Source: an uncultured Pirellulaceae bacterium (GTDB taxonomy: Bacteria; Planctomycetota; Planctomycetia; Pirellulales; Pirellulaceae). Taken from it: a stretch of 64,000 bases of DNA. Below the pieces are notes generated by a model. It was not told the DNA's origin. It worked only from the letters and a program-made list of their open reading frames with translations, and did no database searches. Made by a program: the position numbers and the translations under genes. Positions 51,055 to 61,986 of this stretch are shown piece by piece (within the stretch, counting starts at the first letter, position 1; each line of letters opens with the position of its first letter). Location of the stretch: the NCBI GenBank assembly GCA_937928555.1, contig CALFWR010000004.1, forward strand, positions 15,513 through 79,512, written 5' to 3'.

Positions 51055-52533
51055 ATGGCAAAAAGCGACACCAAAAACGAAACGTCCTCCGAAGACTCCG
51101 GGTCATCCTCCAAAGCCATGCGTGTGCTGCTGGTGGACAACGACAAGGACCACGCCCGTGCGATGACCGAATCGCTCGACCGCATTGGCCTGCAAACCAC
51201 CACCGCCACCTCGGGCCCTGACGGCAAGAAAGCCCTCACTGAAAACATCTTCGACATCGTTGTCACCGACCTGATGATGAACGACGTCGACGGCATGGAA
51301 GTCCTTCGCACTGCCAGGGAAACCCAACCGCAATGCGAAGTCGTCATGGTTACCGGCCATGCGTCGGTTCCTTTGGCCGTCGAAGCCATGAAAGAAGGCG
51401 CGTTCAACTTTCTTGAAAAACCCATCACCCCCAAGCGGCTCCAGGCGATCGTCGTCAGAGCCACCGAATCGGTCAAGCTTCGTAACCAGAACCGGCAACT
51501 GCAAAGTCGCCTGGACGAAAAATTCGGATTTGAAAACCTGATCTACGCCAGCGAAAGCATGAAGGGCGTCGTACACCGGCTTCAGCGGATCGCACCCACC
51601 GATGCCGGCGTCCTGATCACCGGCGAAACCGGATCCGGCAAAGACGTCATCGCCCAGGCAATCCACCAGAACAGTCCCCGCAAGAAAAAACCCTTCGTCG
51701 CCATCAACACCGCCGCGGTGGCAGAGCATCTTGTCGAAAGCGAACTGTTCGGACACGTCAAAGGTGCCTTCACCGACGCCATCTCCGACCGCGAAGGCAA
51801 ATTCGAATACGCCAACGGTGGTACGCTGTTCTTGGACGAAGTCGGCGACATGCCGATGCCCACCCAGATTAAACTTCTTCGCGTCCTCGAAGAACGCGAG
51901 ATCACACGCGTCGGTGACAACAAATCGATTCCCGTCAACGTCCGTGTCCTCGCTGCCACCAACAAGGACCTCGAAAAAGAAATCGACGAAGGCCGGTTTC
52001 GCAGCGACTTGTACTTTCGCCTCAAAGTCGTCACCGTGCATCTTGATCCGCTCTCGCAGCGGCGCGAAGACATTCTTCCCCTGGCCGATTACTTTCGCAA
52101 ACAGGCCAACAAGAAAAACAGCCGCGCCGTCAAAGGCTTCTCGCCGGAAGTGCGAAAATGGCTGTTGGCTGAAAACTGGAAAGGCAACGTTCGCCAACTC
52201 AAGAACGTCGTCGAAAGCCTCGTCGTGATGGACATTGATGACTTCCTGGGCATGGACGACCTTTCGCCCGACTTGGTTGACTCCAAAACCAATCCGATCC
52301 CGGTCACAGCAACCACCGCCCCGATCACCGACACTGCCGCCGACATTCTCCAAGTGGGCTCCGGCGATCCGACCTCATCCTCGCTCGTCGGCAAGTCCCT
52401 CAAGGACATCGAGCGTTGGGCGATCGAACACACGCTCACCCTTGCCAACCACAACCGCGAAGAAACCGCCAGGATCCTTGGCATCAGCGAACGCAATCTT
52501 TACCGCAAGCTAAACGAATACGGACTGCGTTAG
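51055..52533 (+). CDS. Sigma-54-dependent response regulator (NtrC family)
   Basis: Receiver domain (VVTDLMM); GETGSGKD, ESELFGHVKGAFTDA, TLFLDEVG, Q.KLLRVL, RSDLYFRL, W.GNVRQL; Fis-type HTH. Confidence 0.95.
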   Translation: MAKSDTKNETSSEDSGSSSKAMRVLLVDNDKDHARAMTESLDRIGLQTTTATSGPDGKKALTENIFDIVVTDLMMNDVDGMEVLRTARETQPQCEVVMVTGHASVPLAVEAMKEGAFNFLEKPITPKRLQAIVVRATESVKLRNQNRQLQSRLDEKFGFENLIYASESMKGVVHRLQRIAPTDAGVLITGETGSGKDVIAQAIHQNSPRKKKPFVAINTAAVAEHLVESELFGHVKGAFTDAISDREGKFEYANGGTLFLDEVGDMPMPTQIKLLRVLEEREITRVGDNKSIPVNVRVLAATNKDLEKEIDEGRFRSDLYFRLKVVTVHLDPLSQRREDILPLADYFRKQANKKNSRAVKGFSPEVRKWLLAENWKGNVRQLKNVVESLVVMDIDDFLGMDDLSPDLVDSKTNPIPVTATTAPITDTAADILQVGSGDPTSSSLVGKSLKDIERWAIEHTLTLANHNREETARILGISERNLYRKLNEYGLR

Positions 52534-52601
52534 TTAATGTGGCACAGGCCTTGAGCCTGCGGTCAAACGCAACTTCACACTGCAAACTTCAAACTTTCAC
52601 C

Positions 52602-54518
52602 ATGCCCATCCGCCGACTATCCGAAAGCGTCATCAACAAGATCGCGGCTGGCGAAGTCATCGAGCGACCGGCCAGCGTGGTCAAAGAGTTGCTTGAGAAC
52701 TCGGTCGACGCCGGTTCCACGCAAATCGAAGTCACCATCGAACAGGGCGGCATCGAGATGATCCGCATCACCGACAACGGTTGCGGCATCGCCAAAGAAG
52801 ACCTTCCTCTGGCCATTACCACCCACGCCACGTCGAAAATTGTTGACGCCGACGACCTGTTCCGCGTCCATACCTTTGGCTTTCGCGGCGAAGCCCTCGC
52901 GTCGATCACCGAAGTCTCCCAGTGCATGATTCGCTCGCGCACCGCCGACAGCGACTGCGGCTACGAACTGCTGATCAATGGCGGGCACGCAGAACCGATC
53001 GAACCCTGTGGCTGCCCGGTGGGAACCAAAATCGAAGTCCGCCAACTATTTTACAACACGCCGGTGCGTCAAAAATTTCTTCGCACGCCCCAAACTGAAA
53101 AAGCTCACATCGTCGAAGCCTTCGCCCGTGTCGCCCTAGCAAACCCCGGGGTGCAGATGACCCTGGTCAACAACACTTCGACCGTTCACAACTTGCCTGC
53201 GACCGAATCGTGGAAGCAACGTATCGGTGCCTTTTATGGTCCCGAAATCGAAGAGAACTTGATCCCCATCACGAGCACCGAAGGCGACATCTCGCTCAGC
53301 GGTTACGTTGTCGATCCGACTGTCAGTCGATCCAACAAACGGATGCAGTATCTGTTCCTCAATCGCCGCTACATCCGCGATCACGCCTTGCAGCATGCTC
53401 TCACCGAAGCCTACCGCGGCCTGGTCATGGTGGGTCGCTACCCGCTGTGCTTTCTGCGTCTGGACATGCCGCCACAGATGGTCGACGTGAACGTGCATCC
53501 GGCAAAGCTCGAAGTTCGCTTTCAAAACGGCGGTCAGATCTACAAGCAGCTTCTGGCAACGGTTCGCAACAAATTCCTGACCACCGACCTGACTGCCAAA
53601 GGCCACCTTTCACGCCGCGACGGCGGACACTCCGCTACAAACGCGAACCCATCCCCGACCCCCGCAAGCTCCACAGGCTTCGCCGCGGCACCGGGTTCAC
53701 CTCTTCAAACGACTCAGGACCAGATCGCTTTTGCTCGCCCGCAAAGCAACGTCGACTGGACGTCCGCCCCCCGCGAATCGGTAGCCGCCACGCTCGCACC
53801 TGCGGCCAGCGCGATGCCGCAGGCTTTAGCCATCCCGGGAGCCTCAGCGCCGTTTCAACCATTCCCGGAACTTCGCGCCGCGGACCACGGTGTGGCCTCC
53901 GGCGCTGCACCGACTGCCCCCGAACCGCCACTCGCCCAGGCCTCTTCGTCCCGCACGGCCCTGCAGGTTTACGACACCTACCTGATTTCCGAAACCGAAC
54001 AAGGGATGGTCATCATCGACCAGCACGCGTTGCACGAGCGGATCATTTACGAGCAACTGCGAGACAAAGTCGTCGGTGGCAAACTCGAATCGCAGCGACT
54101 GCTGGTTCCCGAACCCGTCAGCCTGCCGCCGGCCGAATGCGCCGCGGTGCTCGAACAGGCCGAACTGCTCCAGCAAATCGGGATCACGGTGGAACCTTTT
54201 GGCGGCGACACCGTGGTGGTGTCTTCCTACCCCGCCATGCTGGCCAATCACAATCCCGGCGAGATGCTCAAAAGTGTCGTCGATAAACTGCTCGGCGAAG
54301 CAAAGAACCTCGAACGCCGGGACGTTCTGGACGAACTTCTGCACATGATTTCTTGCAAAGCGGCAGTGAAAGCCGGCGATCGACTGGCCCCCGAAGAAAT
54401 CACTGCACTACTTGAGCATCGCGAGCTATGTCAGGATTCCCATCATTGCCCGCATGGCCGACCCACTGCTTTGACTTTTTCTCGTGAAGAGTTGGACAAA
54501 AAGTTCAAACGCATTTGA
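52602..54518 (+). CDS. mutL: DNA mismatch repair protein MutL (endonuclease-motif type)
   Basis: NKIAAGEVIERPASVVKELLENS, DNG.GI, HATSKI, GFRGEALASI, DVNVHPAK; DQHALHER, SCK, CPHGRP. Confidence 0.97.
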   Translation: MPIRRLSESVINKIAAGEVIERPASVVKELLENSVDAGSTQIEVTIEQGGIEMIRITDNGCGIAKEDLPLAITTHATSKIVDADDLFRVHTFGFRGEALASITEVSQCMIRSRTADSDCGYELLINGGHAEPIEPCGCPVGTKIEVRQLFYNTPVRQKFLRTPQTEKAHIVEAFARVALANPGVQMTLVNNTSTVHNLPATESWKQRIGAFYGPEIEENLIPITSTEGDISLSGYVVDPTVSRSNKRMQYLFLNRRYIRDHALQHALTEAYRGLVMVGRYPLCFLRLDMPPQMVDVNVHPAKLEVRFQNGGQIYKQLLATVRNKFLTTDLTAKGHLSRRDGGHSATNANPSPTPASSTGFAAAPGSPLQTTQDQIAFARPQSNVDWTSAPRESVAATLAPAASAMPQALAIPGASAPFQPFPELRAADHGVASGAAPTAPEPPLAQASSSRTALQVYDTYLISETEQGMVIIDQHALHERIIYEQLRDKVVGGKLESQRLLVPEPVSLPPAECAAVLEQAELLQQIGITVEPFGGDTVVVSSYPAMLANHNPGEMLKSVVDKLLGEAKNLERRDVLDELLHMISCKAAVKAGDRLAPEEITALLEHRELCQDSHHCPHGRPTALTFSREELDKKFKRI

Positions 54519-54659
54519 AAAAGCCCGATTCCGACTCAAAATGGGCATCAGGCCAAAAAACGCCACCGCTTCGCTCTGTTCGCTTCAGCAACGCACTTCC
54601 AAAGCATCCCGCTCTAAAGTTCAACTTCGTACCCAAAACCCGTTCCCGAAAGCCCACTT

Positions 54660-56150
54660 ATGATTTGCGTCAGCGTTGGACGAGGCCGTCACAAGATGAT
54701 GATGGCGGAACACAAGCACCTCGCCGAAAACGGTGCCCAACTGGTGGAACTTCGGCTTGACTATATCCGCCGACCCGTCAACCTCAAGCGACTCCTTGCT
54801 GATACCCCCTGCCCCGTGGTGGCTACCTGCCGACGACCTGCCGACGGGGGCAAGTGGATGCGCAGTGAGCAGGATCGCATCATGGTGCTCCGCACCGCCA
54901 TCGCCGATGGCGCTGATTATGTCGATCTGGAAATGGACATCGCCGACCAGGTGCCGCGCTACAAAGACACCCAGCGGATCGTCAGCTACCACAACTTTGA
55001 GGAAACGCCATCGAACCTCGAAGAAATTCATCACAGGATGACCGCGCTGGATCCGGACATCATCAAAATCGCGACCACCGCCAATAACCCGATGGACAAT
55101 GTGACCGCATTGCGGCTTTGTCGTGATTCGGAAATTCCCACGATCGCATTTTGCATGGGAGAAATGGGAGTCACCTCACGGATCCTTTGTGGCAAATTTG
55201 GTGCCCCGTTCACCTACGCCACATTCAGCAGTGAAAGAAAACTGGCACCCGGACAACTGACCTTTGAGGAAATGCGTGACGATTTTCTCTACGACACAAT
55301 CGGCCCGGAAACAAAACTGCTGGGTGTCATTGCCGACCCCGTCGCCCATAGCCTTAGCCCGGTCGTCCATAACGCCTGCATCCGCAAAAACAAACTTGAT
55401 TACCTCTACCTGCCCTTCCGTGTGCCCCGCGAGTACCTTGAGCAATTTATCGGTGTCTGCCACGAGTTGGGCATTGCGGGTTTGAGCGTGACGATTCCGC
55501 ACAAAGAGAACTGCATCAAGTGCATCAATGCGCTCGACGACAACGTGGCCGGTATTCGCGCCGCCAACACGCTGGTCTTCAAACAGCCCAACGTCTACGG
55601 CTACAACACGGACTGTTCGGCCGCGGTGGACAGCATGCGAAAGGTCTTTCTGGATCTTTTCCCCGAGGAGAATGATCCCCTCGAAGGCAAGCGGGCTCTG
55701 CTAATGGGTGCCGGCGGCGTGGCCCGGGCAATTGCCTTTGGGCTCAAACGATCCAAAGCCAATGTCACGATCTGTGCTCGTGACTTTCGCAAAGCCGACG
55801 CCCTTGCGACGAGTTTGGACTGTGACGCTATCGACTGGGCCAACCGTGCGAACTTTGAGTGCGACGTGTTGGTCAACTGCACGCCCGTTGGGATGTTCCC
55901 GGAGATGGATCACACGCCATTTGAAAAAGAATGGTTCGACAAGAAATGTGTCGTCTTCGATACCGTTTACAACCCCGAGCAAACGCTTTTTATAAAGCAG
56001 GCTCGCGAAGCCGAATGCACCACCATCACCGGTGTCGACATGTTTGTCCGTCAGGCCGCTCGCCAGTTCAAGCTCTTCACCGGCACCGATCCGGATGTCA
56101 AACTGATTCGTTACGAAGTCAAACGGGCTATCAGCGCCGCGAAGTATTGA
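54660..56150 (+). CDS. aroDE: Bifunctional type I 3-dehydroquinate dehydratase / shikimate dehydrogenase
   Basis: ELRLD, VSYHNF, DIIKIA, FCMG..G..SR, APGQ; HSLSP..HN, SVTIPHKE, AANTL, NTD, GAGG.ARA, N.TP.GM, DTVYNP, G..MFV.QA..QF. Confidence 0.92.
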   Translation: MICVSVGRGRHKMMMAEHKHLAENGAQLVELRLDYIRRPVNLKRLLADTPCPVVATCRRPADGGKWMRSEQDRIMVLRTAIADGADYVDLEMDIADQVPRYKDTQRIVSYHNFEETPSNLEEIHHRMTALDPDIIKIATTANNPMDNVTALRLCRDSEIPTIAFCMGEMGVTSRILCGKFGAPFTYATFSSERKLAPGQLTFEEMRDDFLYDTIGPETKLLGVIADPVAHSLSPVVHNACIRKNKLDYLYLPFRVPREYLEQFIGVCHELGIAGLSVTIPHKENCIKCINALDDNVAGIRAANTLVFKQPNVYGYNTDCSAAVDSMRKVFLDLFPEENDPLEGKRALLMGAGGVARAIAFGLKRSKANVTICARDFRKADALATSLDCDAIDWANRANFECDVLVNCTPVGMFPEMDHTPFEKEWFDKKCVVFDTVYNPEQTLFIKQAREAECTTITGVDMFVRQAARQFKLFTGTDPDVKLIRYEVKRAISAAKY

Positions 56151-56170
56151 CCGGTCGATTCGACCTTTCA

Positions 56171-56359
56171 AACCGGATTAATCACGAGGCGTGGGCGTCA
56201 GAATCAGTTCCGACAGTGATCGGTTACTCTAATACGATGAAACGATCGCTGTGGCTTTCAACTACCGAATGATTCACATTTCTTGTTGAAATTCAGTTTT
56301 CCCCTTGCTCCTGTTGGCCAAACGTAGAATCAACGCCCGTCGTCGTGAATAATCCGGGG
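56171..56359. mobile_element. 189-bp MITE, subfamily A
   Basis: TCA on both sides (56168-70, 56360-62). Confidence 0.9.
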
Positions 56360-56362
56360 TCA

Positions 56363-56505
56363 GTGAACACCGTATCAGTCCGAAAAAAGTCCTGTTTTGA
56401 AACTCATCAGCGAGGTGAACCGAATTTCCGGAGCCGATCCAGTTTTCGGGTAAGCATAGCGAGATTTCACCGCAATCAACGCCCGTCGTCGTGAATAATT
56501 TCGGC
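56363..56505. mobile_element. Partial MITE (subfamily B, lacking one end)
   Basis: Similar to the reverse complement of the 10664 copy (TGAACACCG.ATC...AAAAAG.CC.GTTTTGA...TCAGCGAGG); ends GTCGTCGTGAATAATTTCGGC, followed by TCA. Confidence 0.7.
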
Positions 56506-56847
56506 TCAATCCTGGGCTCGCTTCACTTCGACCTTGCGTCTTGTTTTCAATTGGTCGCTTTTCAAATCATTCAACTTGTCGATCCATGAGACGGATTGCG
56601 GCCAGCCTGATTTCAAGTCCATCCTGCCTTCGATCAACGAATCCGCAAGCACAGTAACCTTGGCAAAACTGGTTCGCGGTTTGTGGTCCGGATTGAATTC
56701 CCCAACCATTGCGTCGATTGCTTGTTGAAACTTTGTGCCTGTTTCCTGGCCTTCAATGCGACGCTGGAATTGAACCACTGCAAAATCATTTTCCATTTCC
56801 ACAACCCGATAAGTCTCAGTGGCCGGCAAGGCAGAAGCAGGTCTCAT
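56506..56847 (-). pseudogene. 3' fragment of a hypothetical protein gene, 5' end apparently lost at the IS66 relic
   Basis: Protein-like 113-aa ORF with no convincing start; abuts the transposase fragment. Its stop codon is the MITE-flanking trinucleotide. Confidence 0.45.
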
Positions 56848-57596
56848 GTCGACTTCGGTGTGGTCAATTTTTGGTTTGCGGACGAGGCGAATTCGGAATC
56901 GAAATCATGATCGCGCTGGCTTACCAGGTGTACATCATCGGGCTCTCGATCGACAAAGCCTGCCAACTGCTGAACTTTTTCGAACAACTGAAACTCCGCA
57001 AATCTCAGGCCGATGCGTTGCTCAACCAGCTTGCCCGAGCTTGGGAAAGCGAATTTGAAACGCTTTGTCAGTTACTGGCCAGCTCGGCGGTGGTGCACTG
57101 CGATGAGACTTCCTGGAGCATCAACAGCGTCTGGGCTTTTCTTAATGAAAACCTGACGGTGATGTTCTACGGCGTGCATAAAGACGGTGATACGCTGGCC
57201 GCAGTTCTCGACAAGCAGTCGTTTACTGGAACGCTTGTCAGCGACAATGCAGCGGTCTACGCAGGCTTTACCAGCTCGCAAAAGTGCTGGGCTCATCTGA
57301 TTCGCAAGGCAATCAAATTGACTTTGCAGGATCCGACGAACGCAAGTTACCGGGCTCTGGCCGATGAGTTGCTTTCCATTTACCGCGATGCGAAAAAACT
57401 GACTCAGGACAAGCGTTTGTTCTGCGGCGATGGCTCGTCGGACCGGTCGCACCAGCAAGACGCCATCGGGGGAGAAGCGGCAGAGCGTGCTCAGTAGTGT
57501 TCTCGAAAGTATCGGCAAGCAGTTGAAGCAATTCAATCTTGCGGGGGTGATCGACGAGGTGAAGCGTTGGACGGCGGTCGGCCAGAGTTTCTTTGA
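56840..57596 (+). pseudogene. IS66-family transposase relic (5' truncated, internal deletion/frameshift)
   Basis: V.HCDETSW, G.LVSD.AAVY, QKCWAHLIRKA; after about 57420 a different frame gives ARRTGRTSKT.SG.KR.S.L.SVLES, resembling an IS66 TnpC C-terminus. Confidence 0.8.
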
Positions 57597-57785
57597 GCCC
57601 GGATTATTCACGACGACGGGCGTTGATTCTACGTCTGGCCAACTGGAGCAAGGGAAAAACTGAATTTCAACAAGAAATGTGAATCATCCGGCAGATGAAA
57701 ACCACAGCGATCGTTTCATCGCATCAGAGTCGCGGATCACTGTCTCAACTGATTCTGACGCCCACGCCTCGTGAATAGTCCGGGT
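57597..57785. mobile_element. 189-bp MITE, subfamily A
   Basis: TGA on both sides (57594-96, 57786-88). Confidence 0.9.
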
Positions 57786-58261
57786 TGAGGAGCAGTTGAA
57801 TTCGATTCCGGTCCAAAAAAACAAAACGCAATCCACCAAGGGAGTTCTCGATAAGCTGATTCTAAATGCCGATAAATAAGAGAGCAGGCTCAGCTCCGCG
57901 AGCTTTTGCTATGCGCAGAGCTTGGGCAGCCACATCTAACGGTGGCATCGTTTGCGTTGCTGCAGCTATGGAGGATTTAGCGTTGTGGTTTTTCACGCAA
58001 GCCGCCTTCGCGAGTTTGTTTGACGATATCGAACGACAGATTGGGCGGTGCCGTTGAGCCGAAATTTCAACGAGTTCAACCGTTTTGATCAATTGTTTCG
58101 TCGAGAGCGTTTAGGAGAAATGGAACATTTGTAATGAACTGGAAACCAACCAGTGAAAATTCATGCTACAATTGGCAAGGTCTGGAGAGTATTAGTCTGC
58201 TCGAGAGTCGCATTACCCCTGCTAATTGTAACGACGTAACCACATCCTTGGGAGCTACTAC

Positions 58262-59062
58262 ATGATTCGACAGCTATTGACAGCCGCAGTCGTCGCTTTT
58301 GCGATCGGCCTTCCAAATCTTGCCTCGGCGGGCTTGATAACCGCTACTCTCCTTGATGCTGACTTCACTCAGCCGACCTATACAGACGGAATAGCAAACA
58401 CCCAGCCTGGATTTAACGGCAACCTGACGCAGACCAATTTTGTCATTTCAGATTCTGCTGGCACCGGTCTGCTTTCGAACGATGGCTTCTTCACTAGAGC
58501 CCAGTTTGGTCCCGGTAGCGGAGGCCAAGCAGTTGTAGCTGGGGACATGATTTTAGTTGAGTCTTTCGGCTTCACTGCCACCGGCACCAACGATTCTCGT
58601 GCAGTGCTTGGTCTGTCAGACGGCGGCACCGGTGGCACGGCTGGTCTCGCCATTGGAACTCAGCTTTCGGTTGACGGCACGGGCAATGTTTTTGTTGAGA
58701 ACAGTGCTTTTGGAGTTGATAATGCTGGCCGAGTAGACACTGGATTTGATGTCGGGACTGCATTCGATTGGGGCGTAAGGTTTACCGCCGAGGCTGCTGG
58801 CAGCATTGAAGCGGTGACCTACACTGTCGAGCACTTGATCAATGGTGCGACGGTCCTGACTGAAACAGGCCAAGGCATTGCCCCGCAAGATCCAGTAGCT
58901 GCTAACTTTCTATCTGGTTTCATACAAGACCAAGGCAATGGAGCGACTATTTCGACTTCTCGCTTGCGTCTTTCGACCATTGGTGTGGCTGTACCGGAAC
59001 CCGGTACGCTAGGCTTGTTGGCGGTAGGCGGTGCTTTTGCCTTGGTTCGCCGCCGACGCTAA
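58262..59062 (+). CDS. PEP-CTERM sorting domain protein
   Basis: Signal peptide ending ASA; C-terminus VPEPGTLGLLAVGGAFALVRRRR. Confidence 0.92.
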   Translation: MIRQLLTAAVVAFAIGLPNLASAGLITATLLDADFTQPTYTDGIANTQPGFNGNLTQTNFVISDSAGTGLLSNDGFFTRAQFGPGSGGQAVVAGDMILVESFGFTATGTNDSRAVLGLSDGGTGGTAGLAIGTQLSVDGTGNVFVENSAFGVDNAGRVDTGFDVGTAFDWGVRFTAEAAGSIEAVTYTVEHLINGATVLTETGQGIAPQDPVAANFLSGFIQDQGNGATISTSRLRLSTIGVAVPEPGTLGLLAVGGAFALVRRRR

Positions 59063-59091
59063 AGGTCGGTGAAGAGTAATTGAATTGCACG

Positions 59092-59126
59092 AAAACTGCA
59101 GTGGCACTAGTGCAGCTGCAGTTTTT
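59092..59126. terminator. Bidirectional-type hairpin terminator
   Basis: AAAACTGCAG...CTGCAGTTTTT. Confidence 0.7.
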
Positions 59127-59133
59127 CTCTTTA

Positions 59134-59322
59134 ACCGAGATTATTCACGAGGCGTGGGCGTCAGAGTCAGGTCCGACAGTCATCAACGACTCTGATGCGA
59201 TGGAACGATCACTGTGGTTTTCATCTACCGGATGATTCGCAATTCGCGATGAAATCCAGCCTTTCCCTTGCTCTCGTTGGCCAGTCGTAGAATCAACGCC
59301 CGTCGTCGTGAACAATCCGGGT
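59134..59322. mobile_element. 189-bp MITE, subfamily A
   Basis: TTA on both sides (59131-33, 59323-25). Confidence 0.88.
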
Positions 59323-59337
59323 TTAACAGTGTCAGAC

Positions 59338-61986
59338 ATGAAACTAACACGCTTAATCGGCAGGCACAGGTTGCCGAACTTTCGTGGGCGTATCGCGAAC
59401 CTTGTTACACTTACCCTTCTTTCGATATTGCTGGTTGGTTGCAACGAGAATCAAGATACCGCATCGAATCAGACGAAGCCTGTTCCCTTAACGCCTCTGA
59501 CGGATGAGACCAAGCCTTCAAAGCCATCAGTTGAAGAATCTATCAAGCAACTGGTCATCGCTGAGGATTTGGTCCTCGATCTCACCTTTCAGTTAAAGTC
59601 AATCGGCCGCTGGTGGGAAACCCATAGCGGCTCGGTAGAGCCGGCTTCTATCAACAAAGATTTCCTTCCATGGGAACTGAAGTCTTTGCGGCGGGGACAA
59701 GGTCTGAGTGTGATCGAGGATCTTGTCGAATTCTCACAACCTGCAAAATTCGGCGGAGTAGTTTCAACGTTCGAGTGGCCCATTCAGAAATCAGCCGTAA
59801 AAGTTGAGGGTTTTGATCCGCTTGCGCCCCTGATGCGTATTCTCAAAACAGTCCGCAATATCAAATTTGGTGTTCTCAGTGGCCAGTTCGATTCGCAGCC
59901 CAATCGTTTTGTTATGGAGATACAAGTTTCCGGTCAGGGCGCGCATGCCGACAATGAAGTATCGTTTGACGGTCAACATCGACTGTTGTGGACCAAACAA
60001 GTCGCGAGCTGGCGACTTACCCAGTGGAGTGTTAGAGGATTAAACATCACTCAGTCCCCTCAACATCTCTTTGAGGACGTTTTGCAAACGGCAATCCCTG
60101 ACCACCGCACGCATGCGCGACTTCGCCAGTCGTACCACCAAGACCTGATCGAAGCGACCATCAATACGGGTCAAACACCCGTTTTTGATCCTCGCTACAA
60201 ACCCTTTGTTGATGCCGCATCGCCACATGCATTGCCTTCGGCAAGCGTTGTTGATTTCGACGGCGACGGCTGGGACGACGTGTTCGTTACTGCTCGCTGG
60301 GGGCCGACTCAGTTGCTCAAGAACAACGGGGACGGAACGTTTCGCGATGTAACTGAGAAAACCGGATTATCGTTTCCGGGATTGGTCAATTGTGGGATAT
60401 TTGTTGACATCGACAACGACGGTGACAAGGACGCGCTGATCGGTCGAGCCCTCGAGCCAGTGGTCTACCTTCAGAATGATAACGGGAAATTCACTGCGGT
60501 CACTGGCTCACTGAGCAACCTGAGTGATCAGTATATGGTGTCGGCGATCTCAGCGGCTGATATTAACCGGGACGGCCTGATCGATTTTTACATGAGCACC
60601 TACGGCCCCTTTGGCCAGAACACGCCCGGCAAATTTAAAGACAGCGCTGACTGGAGAGATCGTTTTTTATCTCCACCCCAAAAACGAAAACTGGCGGCCC
60701 TTCATGCAGCGGAGAACACCTTTGTTGACCATGCTGGGCCACCCAACTTGATCGTAATGAACCGAGGTGGCGGGAAGCTTGAGCGTGTTGATGGTGGTGA
60801 CCTGGTCTCTCAATGGCACCACTCTTATCAAGCGGCATGGGCAGATGCGGATGGCGATGGAGACGATGATTTGTACGTGACAAACGATTTTGCCCAAGAC
60901 GCTTTCCTGATCAACGAGACACCGCAGGGAGCCAGTGAGCCAGTTTTTGTCGATGGTTTGGCGAGTGCTTTTCCCGACGGTGGCATCGGTTTCGGTATGG
61001 GGGCTAGTTGGGGTGATTTTGACAACGACTCAGATCTTGACCTCTATGTTTCCAATATGTACTCCAAGGCTGGCAAGCGTGTTCTGCATGCCATTGACGA
61101 AGGTGACCCGCGGTTTGAAATTGCGACACGCGGTAACTTCCTTTACGAGAACCGCGATGGAAGGTTCTATAACATAACTGGCACCGACGCCGATCAACAA
61201 AACGTGGGTAAGGTCGGATGGTCGTACGGCGGCCAATTCGCGGATTTCGACAACAACGGGCACATCGATCTGTACGTTCCAAGTGGATACTACACTGCGA
61301 GCGAAATAGCCGATACCAAGGTCGACATATGAAGTTGCTGGTGGCGCACGGTCGTGCGTTCAGACAAAACGCGGGGCACGCGATTTGCTAATTCGAAAGT
61401 CTGGCAGGACCAGAAGTATGCCGACAAACTATTCCACCGATTGCCTGATGGGCCGCCTTACTACGCTAACAATTCGTTCAGCGGCCATGAAGCAAACCGG
61501 TTGTTTCTCAACAACGGAACATCTTTCATGGACATGACTGGAATATCTGGGGCCGATCATCAAGGCGACGGACGAGGTTTTTCGGTTCTCGATTTTGACC
61601 AGGATGGCTGGCAGGACATCGTGCTCTATTCAACCAACTACCCACGTATCAAGTTGTTAAAGAATCAAATGGGCCACCACTTGCCGAACCGCTCACGAAT
61701 TCAAGTTAAACTAGAAGGTTCCAACCGAAGTGGGGTGGCCTCGAATTCTGAATCAGCCAGAGATTGCATTGGAAGTGTTGTCGCGGCGACCTATCAATCC
61801 GGGCGAAGGCAACTGCGCCGTCTATCGGCAGGCGAGGGAAACGTGGCTCAGAACAGTTCTCTTTTATGGTTTGGGCAAACAGAACAGGACCCCGTCGTCA
61901 GGCTAGACGCGAAATGGCCGACTGGCAAGTCGCTCACGATCGAGCAACCGAATTCAGAGGGGCCGATCCTAATGGTTGAACCTTAG
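59338..61986 (+). CDS. FG-GAP/VCBS-repeat + ASPIC/UnbV (CRTAC1-like) lipoprotein; probable selenoprotein with in-frame TGA at 61330-61332
   Basis: Lipobox LLVGC; D.DGDG..D repeats; second ORF (61354-61986) is in the same frame and continues with FSGHE.N.LF.N, DGRG.SVLDFDQDGWQD and ASPIC-type G.V......R...AGEG..AQNS..L.FG. Only one stop separates the two ORFs. Confidence 0.75.
61338..61363 (+). promoter_or_regulatory. Candidate bacterial SECIS element
   Basis: GCGCAC-GGTC-GTGCGT hairpin begins after an 11-nt spacer from the TGA; lower stem CTGG/TCAG with a UG bulge on the 5' side. Confidence 0.65.

Noticed and set aside
51103-52353. Long antisense or alternate-frame ORFs (also 1350-2165, 21996-23048, 28689-29675, 53210-54286)
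   Set aside because: Shadows of well-supported genes in GC-rich DNA, with no recognisable motifs.
52540-52556. Sigma-54 promoter upstream of mutL (TGGCACAGGCCTTGA)
   Set aside because: The -12 position reads GA, not the essential GC.
57862-58092. Short ORFs on both strands between the MITE and the PEP-CTERM gene
   Set aside because: No RBS or family motif; cannot be supported as coding.
61330-61332. TGA read as Trp (alternative genetic code)
   Set aside because: TGA terminates many clear genes in this window (e.g. polA, coaE, DUF1501, mutL) and Trp is encoded by TGG throughout.
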